Virus record (IMG/VR): IMGVR_UViG_3300032955_000003
Span: 1 to 48,138 of that record
Direction: 5' to 3' (one strand)
Length of the DNA stretch: 48,138 nt
Source of the DNA: a virus
Lineage: Duplodnaviria; Caudoviricetes
Part shown: positions 26,735 to 35,829 of the stretch, piece by piece
Numbering within the stretch: the first letter of the stretch is position 1
Layout: each line of letters begins with the position of its first letter
The notes under the pieces: generated by a model
What the model was told of the DNA's origin: nothing
The model's database searches: none
The model's input: only the letters and a program-made list of their open reading frames with translations
Position numbers and translations under genes: made by a program

Positions 26735-28332
26735 TGATCCACCGTCCCGGCCCTGACCTCGCCGCCAGTGTTGTAGTTAGGAGTAATCTCTGTCAACGTA
26801 AGCTGCTGACCAGCGTCGCCTGACAAGACCCACTGGAGATACACTCCAGAGATGCTTGGTTGAAAAGGAACTATGACCGTCAGCGGCAGCCCTGACCCAG
26901 TCCCTACGGGACCAATGGTCTGCGTCTGCGACAAGCCTTTATTGTTTGACAACGTCAGTTGACACGTGAAATCAGCCTGGTTATCAATGAAGACAAGCCT
27001 GATACTGTCTACAGTATGCTTATGCTTATAGTCACCAAAGACAAGACTTCCCGACGTGATCGTCCACCCAATCTCACTCGTTCCAGTGAAGTCCATATAC
27101 GCAAGCGTATCATCGGCGAAGCCGATCAGCATATCGTCGAAAGGACTTCCTCCGACGAGCGTAGCTGGCGACCACTCCTGTGCCAAAATCTGACCAACAA
27201 GATCTTTGATCCGAGGGATCTGGTTTTTGTAAAAGTCTCCTGCCACGGTCGGAGTCGCTGCGAAAGTCTCCCGAGTCCAGCTTTGCTCATCAAAGTGATA
27301 GACCCAAGCCTGCTTAAGCTCCGGCATGAAAAGCCAGTACGATTGATAGTCGTTGGCATTGATCGTCGTGGATATGTAGCCAGAGACTGTGTCGAAATTG
27401 CAAGCTAGCAAGTCCGCCAGGATGCGCTTCCGCGCTCCGCGAGCGTAGCTCGATCCGTCGATACGCATGTCCCCGATGGGGACCGAGTAGTTCCCATCAA
27501 ACGAGTAGATATTGTTTTTTCCGACATAGCACGCCATTTCTTCACCGAAGGTGGCGAGCGAGTACGGGATGACGTTACCTTTGCATTTCGCCCCCATCGG
27601 GATAAGCTGCCACGGCGCGATGCCGATTCCCGTCGGGACGATCTGCGTGATGCCAAAATACTGAAACGCAAAGCCAGACTGATAAAGCTTGCATCCTCCA
27701 GTGACAGGTCCAAGGTCGTTGAGAAGATCTTCCTGCCCGGCGTCCGGCGACGTCCAATCGGTAGGATCTCCGGCAGCCGTCCAGCGCAAGCGCTGTGTCG
27801 CAGCGTTGCCTCCTTCGATTGTATACAAAGCCATCAAATGAAAGTTTAGCTCGAAGAGATACCTCGCCGGGACAGCGTCGCCTGAAACAGGTCCAAAGCT
27901 CGACGCCATCCCGTCCCATGACTGGACGACATCGACTCCTTGATCAAAAAGCAACAGATTATTGACGACAGTCCAACTATAATAGTCCAGCGGCCCACCT
28001 GTCAAGGTGCCGGTGATCTCGACCCACGTCCCTGACTGCCACTCCCACAACTCCGTCGGAGTTATCACAACTTGATGTCTGTCACCTTTGACATCGAAAA
28101 AGTCCGCGATGCCCACAACTGCATCCGTAAACGGAGCCGTCATGGCATCGAAAAAATAAAGCTCTGGCCTCGTCATTGCGAGGCCCTTTCGGAAAAAGAT
28201 ATTCTTCGCGTCAAGAAAACCGAAGGTTTCGATGCGCTCCGGCGGAGCTTCGCTCTGAATGCCGCCGAAAGGTCCCGTCAAGGAGAACTCGTTATCTTCG
28301 TCTTGACGCTTCGGATTTTGAGTTTGAGGCAT
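26731..28332 (-). CDS. tail nozzle / tubular protein B-like (P22 gp10-like stabilisation protein)
   Basis: 533 aa, beta-rich and acidic; FGGIQS, RLRWTAAGDPTDW, WVYHFDEQSW. Confidence 0.7.
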   Translation of the reverse strand: MPQTQNPKRQDEDNEFSLTGPFGGIQSEAPPERIETFGFLDAKNIFFRKGLAMTRPELYFFDAMTAPFTDAVVGIADFFDVKGDRHQVVITPTELWEWQSGTWVEITGTLTGGPLDYYSWTVVNNLLLFDQGVDVVQSWDGMASSFGPVSGDAVPARYLFELNFHLMALYTIEGGNAATQRLRWTAAGDPTDWTSPDAGQEDLLNDLGPVTGGCKLYQSGFAFQYFGITQIVPTGIGIAPWQLIPMGAKCKGNVIPYSLATFGEEMACYVGKNNIYSFDGNYSVPIGDMRIDGSSYARGARKRILADLLACNFDTVSGYISTTINANDYQSYWLFMPELKQAWVYHFDEQSWTRETFAATPTVAGDFYKNQIPRIKDLVGQILAQEWSPATLVGGSPFDDMLIGFADDTLAYMDFTGTSEIGWTITSGSLVFGDYKHKHTVDSIRLVFIDNQADFTCQLTLSNNKGLSQTQTIGPVGTGSGLPLTVIVPFQPSISGVYLQWVLSGDAGQQLTLTEITPNYNTGGEVRAGTVDQ

Positions 28333-28338
28333 CTTCGC

Positions 28339-28995
28339 TTACGCTACAGTGACCCACATTCCGGTTGGGCTTATCGAGCCAGCACCACTTTGTGTGACGA
28401 CGATATTGAGTCCGGCCGTCACATCTGAGACTCCGCCTGTAACTACGTTGTTAGAGATCGACGCCGTGGCGTACTCATTGATGAGACATTTCAAGGCGGT
28501 CGTCGTCGAAAAGTATCCTCTGATCTTGGCCGCAAACTGAGTGCCGTTGAGAAGAAACGTCAATCCTCCACCGACAACAATCAACGCAGAGGCTCCTCCG
28601 GAGAGCGAGAATCCGTACTCAATGTCGATGACATTTCCCACGTTCAAGATTCCAGCCGGAATAGCTATTGAGAAAAGAGTCTGACCATTTCCAGTCGTGG
28701 CCGTTCCAGCCGTTGTGTATTTTGTCCCGCCTCGTCCTACCGAAGGTGTCACGTCTGTCCACGACGGATTATTAAACTGATACACTTTGCCAGTGTCAAT
28801 TGCAAAGAACAAAATACCGTCCCAGTCGTCAGGCTGGGCGTCAGATCCAAAATCCGGCTTTGACGCATCTAAGCCCGATATCGCCGCCATGCGTTGCTGT
28901 ACATCGACGCGAAAGTTGCGGAGGTCTTCGCCCAACAAGTTGGCTAACTGAGTATCAGGAGGAAATGTGTCGTCCCATATGTTTGTAAATGCCAT
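28339..28995 (-). CDS. putative tail fibre/needle protein
   Basis: WDDTFPPDT...LRNFRVDVQQRM anchor-like N-terminus, FFAIDTGKVY, beta-rich C-terminus. Confidence 0.6.
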   Translation of the reverse strand: MAFTNIWDDTFPPDTQLANLLGEDLRNFRVDVQQRMAAISGLDASKPDFGSDAQPDDWDGILFFAIDTGKVYQFNNPSWTDVTPSVGRGGTKYTTAGTATTGNGQTLFSIAIPAGILNVGNVIDIEYGFSLSGGASALIVVGGGLTFLLNGTQFAAKIRGYFSTTTALKCLINEYATASISNNVVTGGVSDVTAGLNIVVTQSGAGSISPTGMWVTVA

Positions 28996-28996
28996 C

Positions 28997-30334
28997 TTAA
29001 ACCTCGACGACCGAATTGGTCAGCATGTCTAGCTTCGCTAACTTTTCGAGATCTTCTTCGAAGCGCTTAGCTAGATCGGTACGATATTGCTTGTTTTTGA
29101 TCTTCAGATCCTTGGCTCTTCCTTGAAGATGCGTATAAATACGCTTCAAGTCGGTGCCTTGATGCGTCAGCAAAAGCAAAATACCCCACGCTCCCGCGCT
29201 CACAAGCGAAGCTTCGCTATCGTCTTTAGACGCCTTGACGTTGTACACGTAAGTGTCATGTTTCCAGCGTTGCTCCGACTCATCGAGTCCCCTGATCGGG
29301 ACGTTTTCCTCGGCTTGATACTTTTCCGAAGGCCACGGCGGAAGCGTTACGCGAAGCGCTCCGGCGATCACGCTGTCGCGCGTGGAGATCTCTTTCAACA
29401 TTCCGTCAGCAAGCTTAGCAAAGACATCTCCGATATCATCTTCGATGAGCTCCCAGAAGAACGTCGGTGTGGCGTCGTAGCCGAATCTTGGAGTAAACTC
29501 TAAGCCAAAGACGCCTTTAGGTGACGCTATCGCGTTCAGGTCTAGCATCCCATGATATCGTTCACGCTCGGCCCACTTCGTAAGGCGTCCAGCAACTTGA
29601 CAGAGAGGACACCCATCGCAAAGCCAAACAATGTTGCCAAGACAGCCGCCCGACGGCCCAAGATCATCATTCATTAGCTCCTTACGCTCTAGCGTGTGAT
29701 TGGTCAGCGGCGAGATTAGCTCGCCGTTTTGAAACCACAGTTCGGTCGACACAGCCACGCCAGGCTCGAAGAGCTGAAGCTCAAACTGAGGATCTTCGAT
29801 TTCGACGTCTTTCTCAATGTTGTGAAGCATCTCGATGAGGTCTTCTGCATCATAGCTGACGTGGCTGGGCGACAGGTCACCAAGTTGTTTTGACGGCTTG
29901 TATACCCAGCGCTCGTCGTTGTGCTTCTCAACAAACTTGACGCCTTCGGCGAAGCTATCAAAACTGAAAGTTTCAGGAACATCGATCCCAGCGTCCTGCA
30001 TCACTTGTTTGCCGAAGGCCCGGTCACGTTCTAGATGGTCGGCAAGCGAACTTCCTGCCAGAACCGCAAAGCCGCGGTCACGAAGTAAATCAGCGACAAG
30101 ACCATTACTAGTAACATCAAAAACGAAAATATCCTCTCCCGCAACGGCGTCATTGACAAGGTCCTCCAGGTCTCCGACTTTCTCGACAAGCCCATCTCCT
30201 ACGCTCTTGGCGTTCTGGTCGCGTATCCAGACACGCACAACGTGGCCATCTTGACGCAGTCTTACAGCGAAGCCGATACCGTCGCCGGTCTCGCTAACAA
30301 AGTTAAATCTGCGTTTTTTGCTTATCAGCGACAT
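28997..30334 (-). CDS. PurD-like ATP-grasp ligase
   Basis: LERDRAFGKQVM..AGI.VP, WVYKP, ERKELMNDDLGPSGG, LEFTPRFGY. Confidence 0.8.
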   Translation of the reverse strand: MSLISKKRRFNFVSETGDGIGFAVRLRQDGHVVRVWIRDQNAKSVGDGLVEKVGDLEDLVNDAVAGEDIFVFDVTSNGLVADLLRDRGFAVLAGSSLADHLERDRAFGKQVMQDAGIDVPETFSFDSFAEGVKFVEKHNDERWVYKPSKQLGDLSPSHVSYDAEDLIEMLHNIEKDVEIEDPQFELQLFEPGVAVSTELWFQNGELISPLTNHTLERKELMNDDLGPSGGCLGNIVWLCDGCPLCQVAGRLTKWAERERYHGMLDLNAIASPKGVFGLEFTPRFGYDATPTFFWELIEDDIGDVFAKLADGMLKEISTRDSVIAGALRVTLPPWPSEKYQAEENVPIRGLDESEQRWKHDTYVYNVKASKDDSEASLVSAGAWGILLLLTHQGTDLKRIYTHLQGRAKDLKIKNKQYRTDLAKRFEEDLEKLAKLDMLTNSVVEV

Positions 30335-31398
30335 TCTGTGTCAAGCTTCGAGAGATTGGCTCCGTCGTTTAGATCGAGGATTCCATTGAAGTTATCTTTG
30401 TTAAGCGTAGCGCAGACGGACGTCACGTTGCCTTGATACTCCGCCTCAAAGACAGCCTTCCCGGCATTCACAAAAGGCGTCAGATTCGAGCACTCGTTAT
30501 ACTGAACACATTGCTCGTTGATGTCAAAATCAAAAAACGACAGCAACGATCCGACTTGATCGCCGTCGTTTTTCAACGCGACGCTTAGGCCGAGGCCGTG
30601 GACAGTCGTGGCAATCCACTCGTTGTAGACAAGCTGATCCGACGCTTTCAGCGGAAAGCCAGTCGAGTTGGTGTATCCATCGATGTTGTCCGGCTCGACC
30701 GCGTCAAAACCTTTGGCTTTGCACATCGCAAAGCGAGCGGCCATGATTGGCCGAATCGCCGCGTTACGAATGTCGAGCCATTTCTCTCCAGGCCAGCCGT
30801 TCGACTTGCCGAGCGCCGCAGCAGGAAACTGACTATAGTCCGGACGGAAGTTCTCCGCCGTTCCGGCATCGATATAACAAATCGCGTGTTTGCCGACACT
30901 GTGAACAGTGTTCACCAGAGAAGCTGTCCCGTCAAAACCGTCAAAGTCCCATACGGTCGCCGAGTTGCTTGTAATCTGTGACGCCGTAGGCGTCACGCTC
31001 AAAAGCCACTGCCACTCGCTGACAAGCGGAGGCTGCCAATTCCCCGGCGGTGGAGGCGGTGCAGGCGAGACGACGAGACTAAAAGTCTGCGTCACCGACG
31101 CTTCGCAGTTAGACGCCGTGAACGTCAAGATGTAAGGGCTAGCCGCTGCCGAGCCTATCACAGGCGTCCCCGTCAAGACGCTATTCACAAATGTGACTCC
31201 AGAAGGCAACGCTCCTGTCTCAGTGATAACTGGCAATGGACTTCCACTCGTCACAAGCGAAAAAAGCCCAGGCTGATTCTCCACGAACGTCGTCGTATTG
31301 TTACTAACGATCTGAGGAGACGTGTTTGCTGGACAAGATTGAGCCAAAGCTATCGCTGAGGCAAAAAACAACGTCAAAAAGGGGAGGAGCTTACGCAT
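30325..31398 (-). CDS. secreted GH114 endo-alpha-1,4-polygalactosaminidase-like hydrolase with an Ig-like domain
   Basis: signal peptide MRKLLPFLTLFFASAIALA/Q; ICYIDAGTAENFRPD, WPGEKWLDIR, GFDAVEPDNIDGY, LKND, NEQC, EAEY. Confidence 0.88.
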   Translation of the reverse strand: MRKLLPFLTLFFASAIALAQSCPANTSPQIVSNNTTTFVENQPGLFSLVTSGSPLPVITETGALPSGVTFVNSVLTGTPVIGSAAASPYILTFTASNCEASVTQTFSLVVSPAPPPPPGNWQPPLVSEWQWLLSVTPTASQITSNSATVWDFDGFDGTASLVNTVHSVGKHAICYIDAGTAENFRPDYSQFPAAALGKSNGWPGEKWLDIRNAAIRPIMAARFAMCKAKGFDAVEPDNIDGYTNSTGFPLKASDQLVYNEWIATTVHGLGLSVALKNDGDQVGSLLSFFDFDINEQCVQYNECSNLTPFVNAGKAVFEAEYQGNVTSVCATLNKDNFNGILDLNDGANLSKLDTECR

Positions 31399-31454
31399 TG
31401 AAATGTCCTTTCTTGCTACTGTCTTTTCCAACAATCAAATATCATTCGATATCG

Positions 31455-31535
31455 CTAGATATCGAAAGGGCGGTGTACGGAAAGCAGGCCGATGACGACG
31501 GTGTAGGGCGTGGTCAGGGTGAGGGTGATGGACAT
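31455..31535 (-). pseudogene. probable truncated gene remnant
   Basis: MSITLTLTTPYTVVIG... 26 aa with an AGGAG RBS, ending at the hairpin TTCGATATC-GCTA-GATATCGAA; start position approximate. Confidence 0.35.
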
Positions 31536-31543
31536 ATGAACTC

Positions 31544-33526
31544 CTAATTGACGTGTCGGATCTCCCAGTACACGTTTGACGCATCCGCTATGTTGGTCGA
31601 GTTGATGACGAAGCTTGTCCCGGCGGTGACGGTGCCGACCGAAAGAGTTCCACAGGTGGAGCAATTCTGCAGAGTCAGGGTGACGACATCGCCCGATCCG
31701 CCAGCGGTAGCCAAGGCTGCAATGGCCGTAGTGGAGACGGTGACGGTGCCACCGGAGAGGGTGGACACGCCAGCGGTCGCGTTCGACCCGTGCGTGGTGG
31801 TAAACTTTGCTCCGAGGGATTCGGTCACTGCGCCAGCAGCCGTAAGGTTGGTGAGACTAAGCGACCCCAGCCCGTTGCCAGCGGCAGTAGTGTCAACTGA
31901 AAGTGTGTTGGTTGTTTTACGGCTTAGTGATGTGTCGCCGGCGGTTCCGAAAATAAGCCATGCTGGATTGAAATTGAGATTGTAATAGGAACTGCCAAAA
32001 AAGTGAGATGACGAGCCGCTGCTGGGGGACAAGACAAGCGACCCATCGCCCTGAAGCCAGAGAGCGCTACCTATTCGCAACATCCCCATGTTCGCATCAC
32101 CAGTGAAGGAATACATCGGTGCGTTCAGTGCGCCGTCAGGTGTAAGTATCTGAAAGTTTCCAGTTGATCCTGTTTTGGCTATGGTAAGAGAGGTTGCCGC
32201 ATTGGTGCCGTTCCCGGTTTTGGCTTGCAATGTAACGGTTCCCGCGGCATCTGCCGCTCCCGTCCAGAAGCGATATCCCCAACTCGCAATCGGACTCGAC
32301 TGACTTGTCCCGCTGGTCGCCGCTGTCGTATTCGACATGGAGAAGTCGGTGTTGGCGGCGGTGTCGGTCAGGGTCACTGGCCCGCTCAGGAAAAGCTGGT
32401 TCCAGCGGAAGCTGGAGCTGCCGAGGGCAATGGAGTTGTCTACTCCCGGAAGCAACGCGGTGTTGATGGCTACCGAAGCCAGATTGGAAAGAGCGGTGTT
32501 GGCCGATCCAGCGTTGCATGTTCCTACCGACCACACGCCTGCACTTATACTTGGACATCCTGTTGATGCGCTACTGTTGATGCCGGTGCCGCCTTTGCTG
32601 GCTGGGATGGTTGGAAGGTCGGTTGAAGTGATAGATCGCAACTGCATCGGCCCTGCACCAGCATTCTGAGTTCCAAAAAATAGATTTGGCGTGTTTTGCC
32701 AGAGCTGTGGGGCAGTAAAACTGGTGAACCAATTCGTTCCGTCGAAGCGTAGCAGCACTGTCGTCGGGCGGTCGCTAGATGTTGAGAAGAAGTTAATACT
32801 AGCTTGCCCATCAATCGTTCCTGTGGCTGGAGACAACACCCAAGGGCTGCTGGCACTGAGTTGCTTGAGATAAACCTCGTACCCAGAGACAAACCCCGCG
32901 CCACTGGTGGGCAGAGTTAAAGTGAATCCTCCTATGCCACTAAGCTGAATTGCTTTTCCCCGGTCGCTGGCCAGCAACGAGGTATTCGTTGTTACCGTTC
33001 GTGCGACTAGCGTTCCCCTGACCACGCCGGAAGTGGTGATCGCTCCCGGCGTGTCGCCTGATTCAGTTTCCACGCCGTTTTGGCCGGAGCCATCGACCGA
33101 GGTCACCGTTCCAGTACTACCGCCCGACGGATTATACGCCCATCCTTTATAATAAACCGTGACTGTCCCAGTCCCCGTCAGCGCCGTGACGTTGACGCGT
33201 ACATATACAGCTATCCCGGCCGTCACAGATGAGCTATTGTTAGACGAGCAGTCCTGCGTCGTGATGATGCCGCCCGACGTCCATGTCACGCCGTCAGGCG
33301 ACGAGTCAAGCTGCACCGAGCAGGCCAAGACCGTTCCGTTCGTCACCCACGACAACTGATGATACAAAATCGCCGTGCGTTGCAGAATCGGCGTAGCCGT
33401 CGTAGCGACCGAAAAAATCGTCGTTTGAAACGAATTTATCCCACTCTGAGCCAGCGCCAGAGGCGCCAATATCAGGATCGTCGCTAGCGCGAAGCGCAGC
33501 TTACAAAGAATTGATTTTGTCTTCAT
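31544..33526 (-). CDS. tail fibre-like protein with an N-terminal signal peptide
   Basis: 660 aa, Ser/Thr/Gly-rich with fibre-like repeats (LASDRGK...TLTLP, SKGGTG); N-terminal MKTKSILCKLRFALATILILAPLALA/Q. Confidence 0.75.
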   Translation of the reverse strand: MKTKSILCKLRFALATILILAPLALAQSGINSFQTTIFSVATTATPILQRTAILYHQLSWVTNGTVLACSVQLDSSPDGVTWTSGGIITTQDCSSNNSSSVTAGIAVYVRVNVTALTGTGTVTVYYKGWAYNPSGGSTGTVTSVDGSGQNGVETESGDTPGAITTSGVVRGTLVARTVTTNTSLLASDRGKAIQLSGIGGFTLTLPTSGAGFVSGYEVYLKQLSASSPWVLSPATGTIDGQASINFFSTSSDRPTTVLLRFDGTNWFTSFTAPQLWQNTPNLFFGTQNAGAGPMQLRSITSTDLPTIPASKGGTGINSSASTGCPSISAGVWSVGTCNAGSANTALSNLASVAINTALLPGVDNSIALGSSSFRWNQLFLSGPVTLTDTAANTDFSMSNTTAATSGTSQSSPIASWGYRFWTGAADAAGTVTLQAKTGNGTNAATSLTIAKTGSTGNFQILTPDGALNAPMYSFTGDANMGMLRIGSALWLQGDGSLVLSPSSGSSSHFFGSSYYNLNFNPAWLIFGTAGDTSLSRKTTNTLSVDTTAAGNGLGSLSLTNLTAAGAVTESLGAKFTTTHGSNATAGVSTLSGGTVTVSTTAIAALATAGGSGDVVTLTLQNCSTCGTLSVGTVTAGTSFVINSTNIADASNVYWEIRHVN

Positions 33527-33884
33527 ATTCCTTCCAAGATAGTCCCAGCGTAGCTACGACGATCCTCTCGATGCCAGTCGCCAAGCAATGCTCGCGAGCA
33601 TAAGGCGCCTTCGGCGAATCACCAGGCTCGCTCACGTCGCCGCTCTGGCGAGCGCGCTCGAAAGCTTTGTCAAACTCATCGACAGCCTCTTGAGAGATCC
33701 CTCCATAGCGACACGCGGCCGACTCAAAGAGTTCGTGTATCGCAATAGCGGTCTCCATCCGCCAGTTGCCGAGATCGCTGACGTAGACTCGAAGAGTCCC
33801 GTCAGGACGAACATACCAATCCCCCACGGTCGCGTAGCGCTGCTTGTCGTGAGGGATTGTCTCGATCTCGATACGAAGTGACAT
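33501..33884 (-). CDS. hypothetical protein with a possible metal-binding HE...H motif
   Basis: QRYATVGDW...AIHELFE...EPGD...PYAREH. Confidence 0.75.
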   Translation of the reverse strand: MSLRIEIETIPHDKQRYATVGDWYVRPDGTLRVYVSDLGNWRMETAIAIHELFESAACRYGGISQEAVDEFDKAFERARQSGDVSEPGDSPKAPYAREHCLATGIERIVVATLGLSWKEYEDKINSL

Positions 33885-33907
33885 AAAGCCTTCGGCCAGC
33901 CTTCGGC

Positions 33908-34678
33908 TTAGTTAAAGTTGAACGTCACTTTCGCCCGGAGACCATAAAACTTGTAGTCATTGGCCTCCGCCGCCGAGGGCGTCGCAATGGTGCGGAACCA
34001 GTACTCCTGCAAGTCTGCGACTTGATACACCTGAAAAGACGCAGGCATCGGGACTTCCACGACGACGAGCGTCGCAGAGACCGCCGTCGTCAAGCCATTG
34101 GCTCCGTTGGCCAAGATGTTCGTCGGTGCAAGAGGCAACGCAGCTCCGTTGACAAGACTCGACTGGTCGAGCTGGCAGGTGTGGGCTGTCAAGGCGTTCG
34201 TGGTGATCGAGTAGATCACAGCGATGCTGTTGATGGTAATACCTTTGACCTTGAGCAACGTCCGCGGAGTGATCTCCGCGAGCGTCCCTTCGTAGAGGGG
34301 ACCTGTCGGTCCGAAAAACGCTCCAGGACGACCTTGTACTTCTGCCGAGGCCGGGATGCCCGACCCGGCGTTCCCCGAAGGGCCAGCGGCTCCGGAGGAG
34401 CCAGAGCCAAGTCCGGCGCCGAAGGTAGACCCGAACTGGTTTTGGGTATCCTCGAAAAAGCCCGTCCGGAAGATAATGCCTGAGCCAAGACACACATCGA
34501 GGTTGATCGCCGTCGTATCAGCTTGGTTGTTCCACGACCAGTCGCCTGCGGCGTTCGTGTTGTTGTTGGTGAGGACAGCGACGTTAGTGCCTGAGGTCTG
34601 GACGCGGGCGGGACCGTAAACGATGATTCCGTCCGAGAATCCATGATCTTGCTGGTATCTTGAGTGCGTATGCGGCAT
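33908..34678 (-). CDS. putative virion structural protein
   Basis: 256 aa; GAGGAGG RBS; beta-rich; in the head module. Confidence 0.7.
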   Translation of the reverse strand: MPHTHSRYQQDHGFSDGIIVYGPARVQTSGTNVAVLTNNNTNAAGDWSWNNQADTTAINLDVCLGSGIIFRTGFFEDTQNQFGSTFGAGLGSGSSGAAGPSGNAGSGIPASAEVQGRPGAFFGPTGPLYEGTLAEITPRTLLKVKGITINSIAVIYSITTNALTAHTCQLDQSSLVNGAALPLAPTNILANGANGLTTAVSATLVVVEVPMPASFQVYQVADLQEYWFRTIATPSAAEANDYKFYGLRAKVTFNFN

Positions 34679-34735
34679 TGACTTAAACCTCCTCGGTTGC
34701 GGACGCCGAAGGCGGCGTCCGGCTAAAGCTACGCT

Positions 34736-34993
34736 TTACATATCTCCAGTATTGTCCTGAGTCTGCTTCAAAATCTCAGCAAGCTGAGGTTCTTCTCCAG
34801 GCTCGCTCAGTACCTGAGCGATTACTGTCTGACGCCGGTCTACCGTCAATGTGCGTTGAGGATTGTCAAGTCCCAACGGACATTTGATCATCCCATCTTG
34901 ACGCGTAAGCTGGCTCGTGGGCCATTGCCATTGGTGACAATCGCAATAGACCCACGGCACTCCACTCCAGCCAGAATGGCTTTGAAGAGGCAT
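34736..34993 (-). CDS. small Cys-containing protein
   Basis: YCDCH...KCP..LD.P. Confidence 0.65.
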   Translation of the reverse strand: MPLQSHSGWSGVPWVYCDCHQWQWPTSQLTRQDGMIKCPLGLDNPQRTLTVDRRQTVIAQVLSEPGEEPQLAEILKQTQDNTGDM

Positions 34994-34997
34994 CAGA

Positions 34998-35750
34998 CTA
35001 TGTCCCCCAACAAATCCAGTTGAATACGTCGCTCGACGACGCGGTCGTGATGGTGAACGCTGAGGAGCTCACGTAAGTGATCTTGAAGGCGTTGGCCGTC
35101 GTTGCGTCACTTAGCGTACAAAAATAGCTCGAAGAGCTCGTAAACGCCGGAGCGATTCCTGTCTGAGCACAGGTAGTAGCTGACGACGCCGTACATGTTC
35201 CGTAGACAAACCGAAGGTTCGGCACCGACACCGGCGTTGCACAACTGTTGCTCACGCCGCAGTTGGTCACCGATCCCACGGGAACGGGTCTCACGTTGCC
35301 CGCGTAGCGTATCGTCACGCCGCCGGAGCCTGTCGTTGTCAAAGATAACAGATTCATTCTGACATACTTGGCCGCTCCGCCTACGAACGTATACGCACCG
35401 CTCGACGTACAAGTCTGAATCGCCGAGCCACTCATCAAGACGTAAGTCACGCCATCGCTCGATGTCTCAAGCTCCAGCGTACACGCTGACGTAGTCGCCA
35501 CGGTGACCCAGGACACCGAGTGAACAGTGATGTTACTGTTCTCTAGCATCCCGGTCAAGCCGCCACAAGGCGTTGTCGTCGAGACTTTTGTCTGTCCCGC
35601 CGTGGCCGTACAGGCTGCCGAGGACACTTTGCCATAGGTTTGATTGAACTGCGCTTGCGCCTCAGCCGCTTGCGGCTGTATCACAAACGCCTGTGCAGCA
35701 ATCAAGACCCACATCGAAAAGACAGCCAGAAACTTGTTTCTCCACTTCAT
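34998..35750 (-). CDS. signal-peptide, Cys-rich protein paralogous to the N-terminal domain of 31544..33526
   Basis: MKWRNKFLAVFSMWVLIAAQA...; shared H.xSWVT...AC...SSDGVT...YVR domain. Confidence 0.75.
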   Translation of the reverse strand: MKWRNKFLAVFSMWVLIAAQAFVIQPQAAEAQAQFNQTYGKVSSAACTATAGQTKVSTTTPCGGLTGMLENSNITVHSVSWVTVATTSACTLELETSSDGVTYVLMSGSAIQTCTSSGAYTFVGGAAKYVRMNLLSLTTTGSGGVTIRYAGNVRPVPVGSVTNCGVSNSCATPVSVPNLRFVYGTCTASSATTCAQTGIAPAFTSSSSYFCTLSDATTANAFKITYVSSSAFTITTASSSDVFNWICWGT

Positions 35751-35779
35751 CTTCGAATCCTCTCCCGCGCGCACGGCGC

Positions 35780-35808
35780 GATTAAACTTGTTAACAGCAA
35801 GTTAAAAC
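35780..35808. promoter_or_regulatory. 29 bp dyad site, degenerate copy (opposite orientation)
   Basis: GATTAAACTTG-TTAACAG-CAAGTTAAAAC just downstream of the major capsid gene. Confidence 0.45.
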
Positions 35809-35829
35809 TTGAGCACAAAACGCCCAAGT

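Noticed and set aside
28997-30334. Bona fide purD auxiliary metabolic gene
   Set aside because: Lacks the GxGGRE motif and any purine-pathway context, so no gene symbol was assigned.
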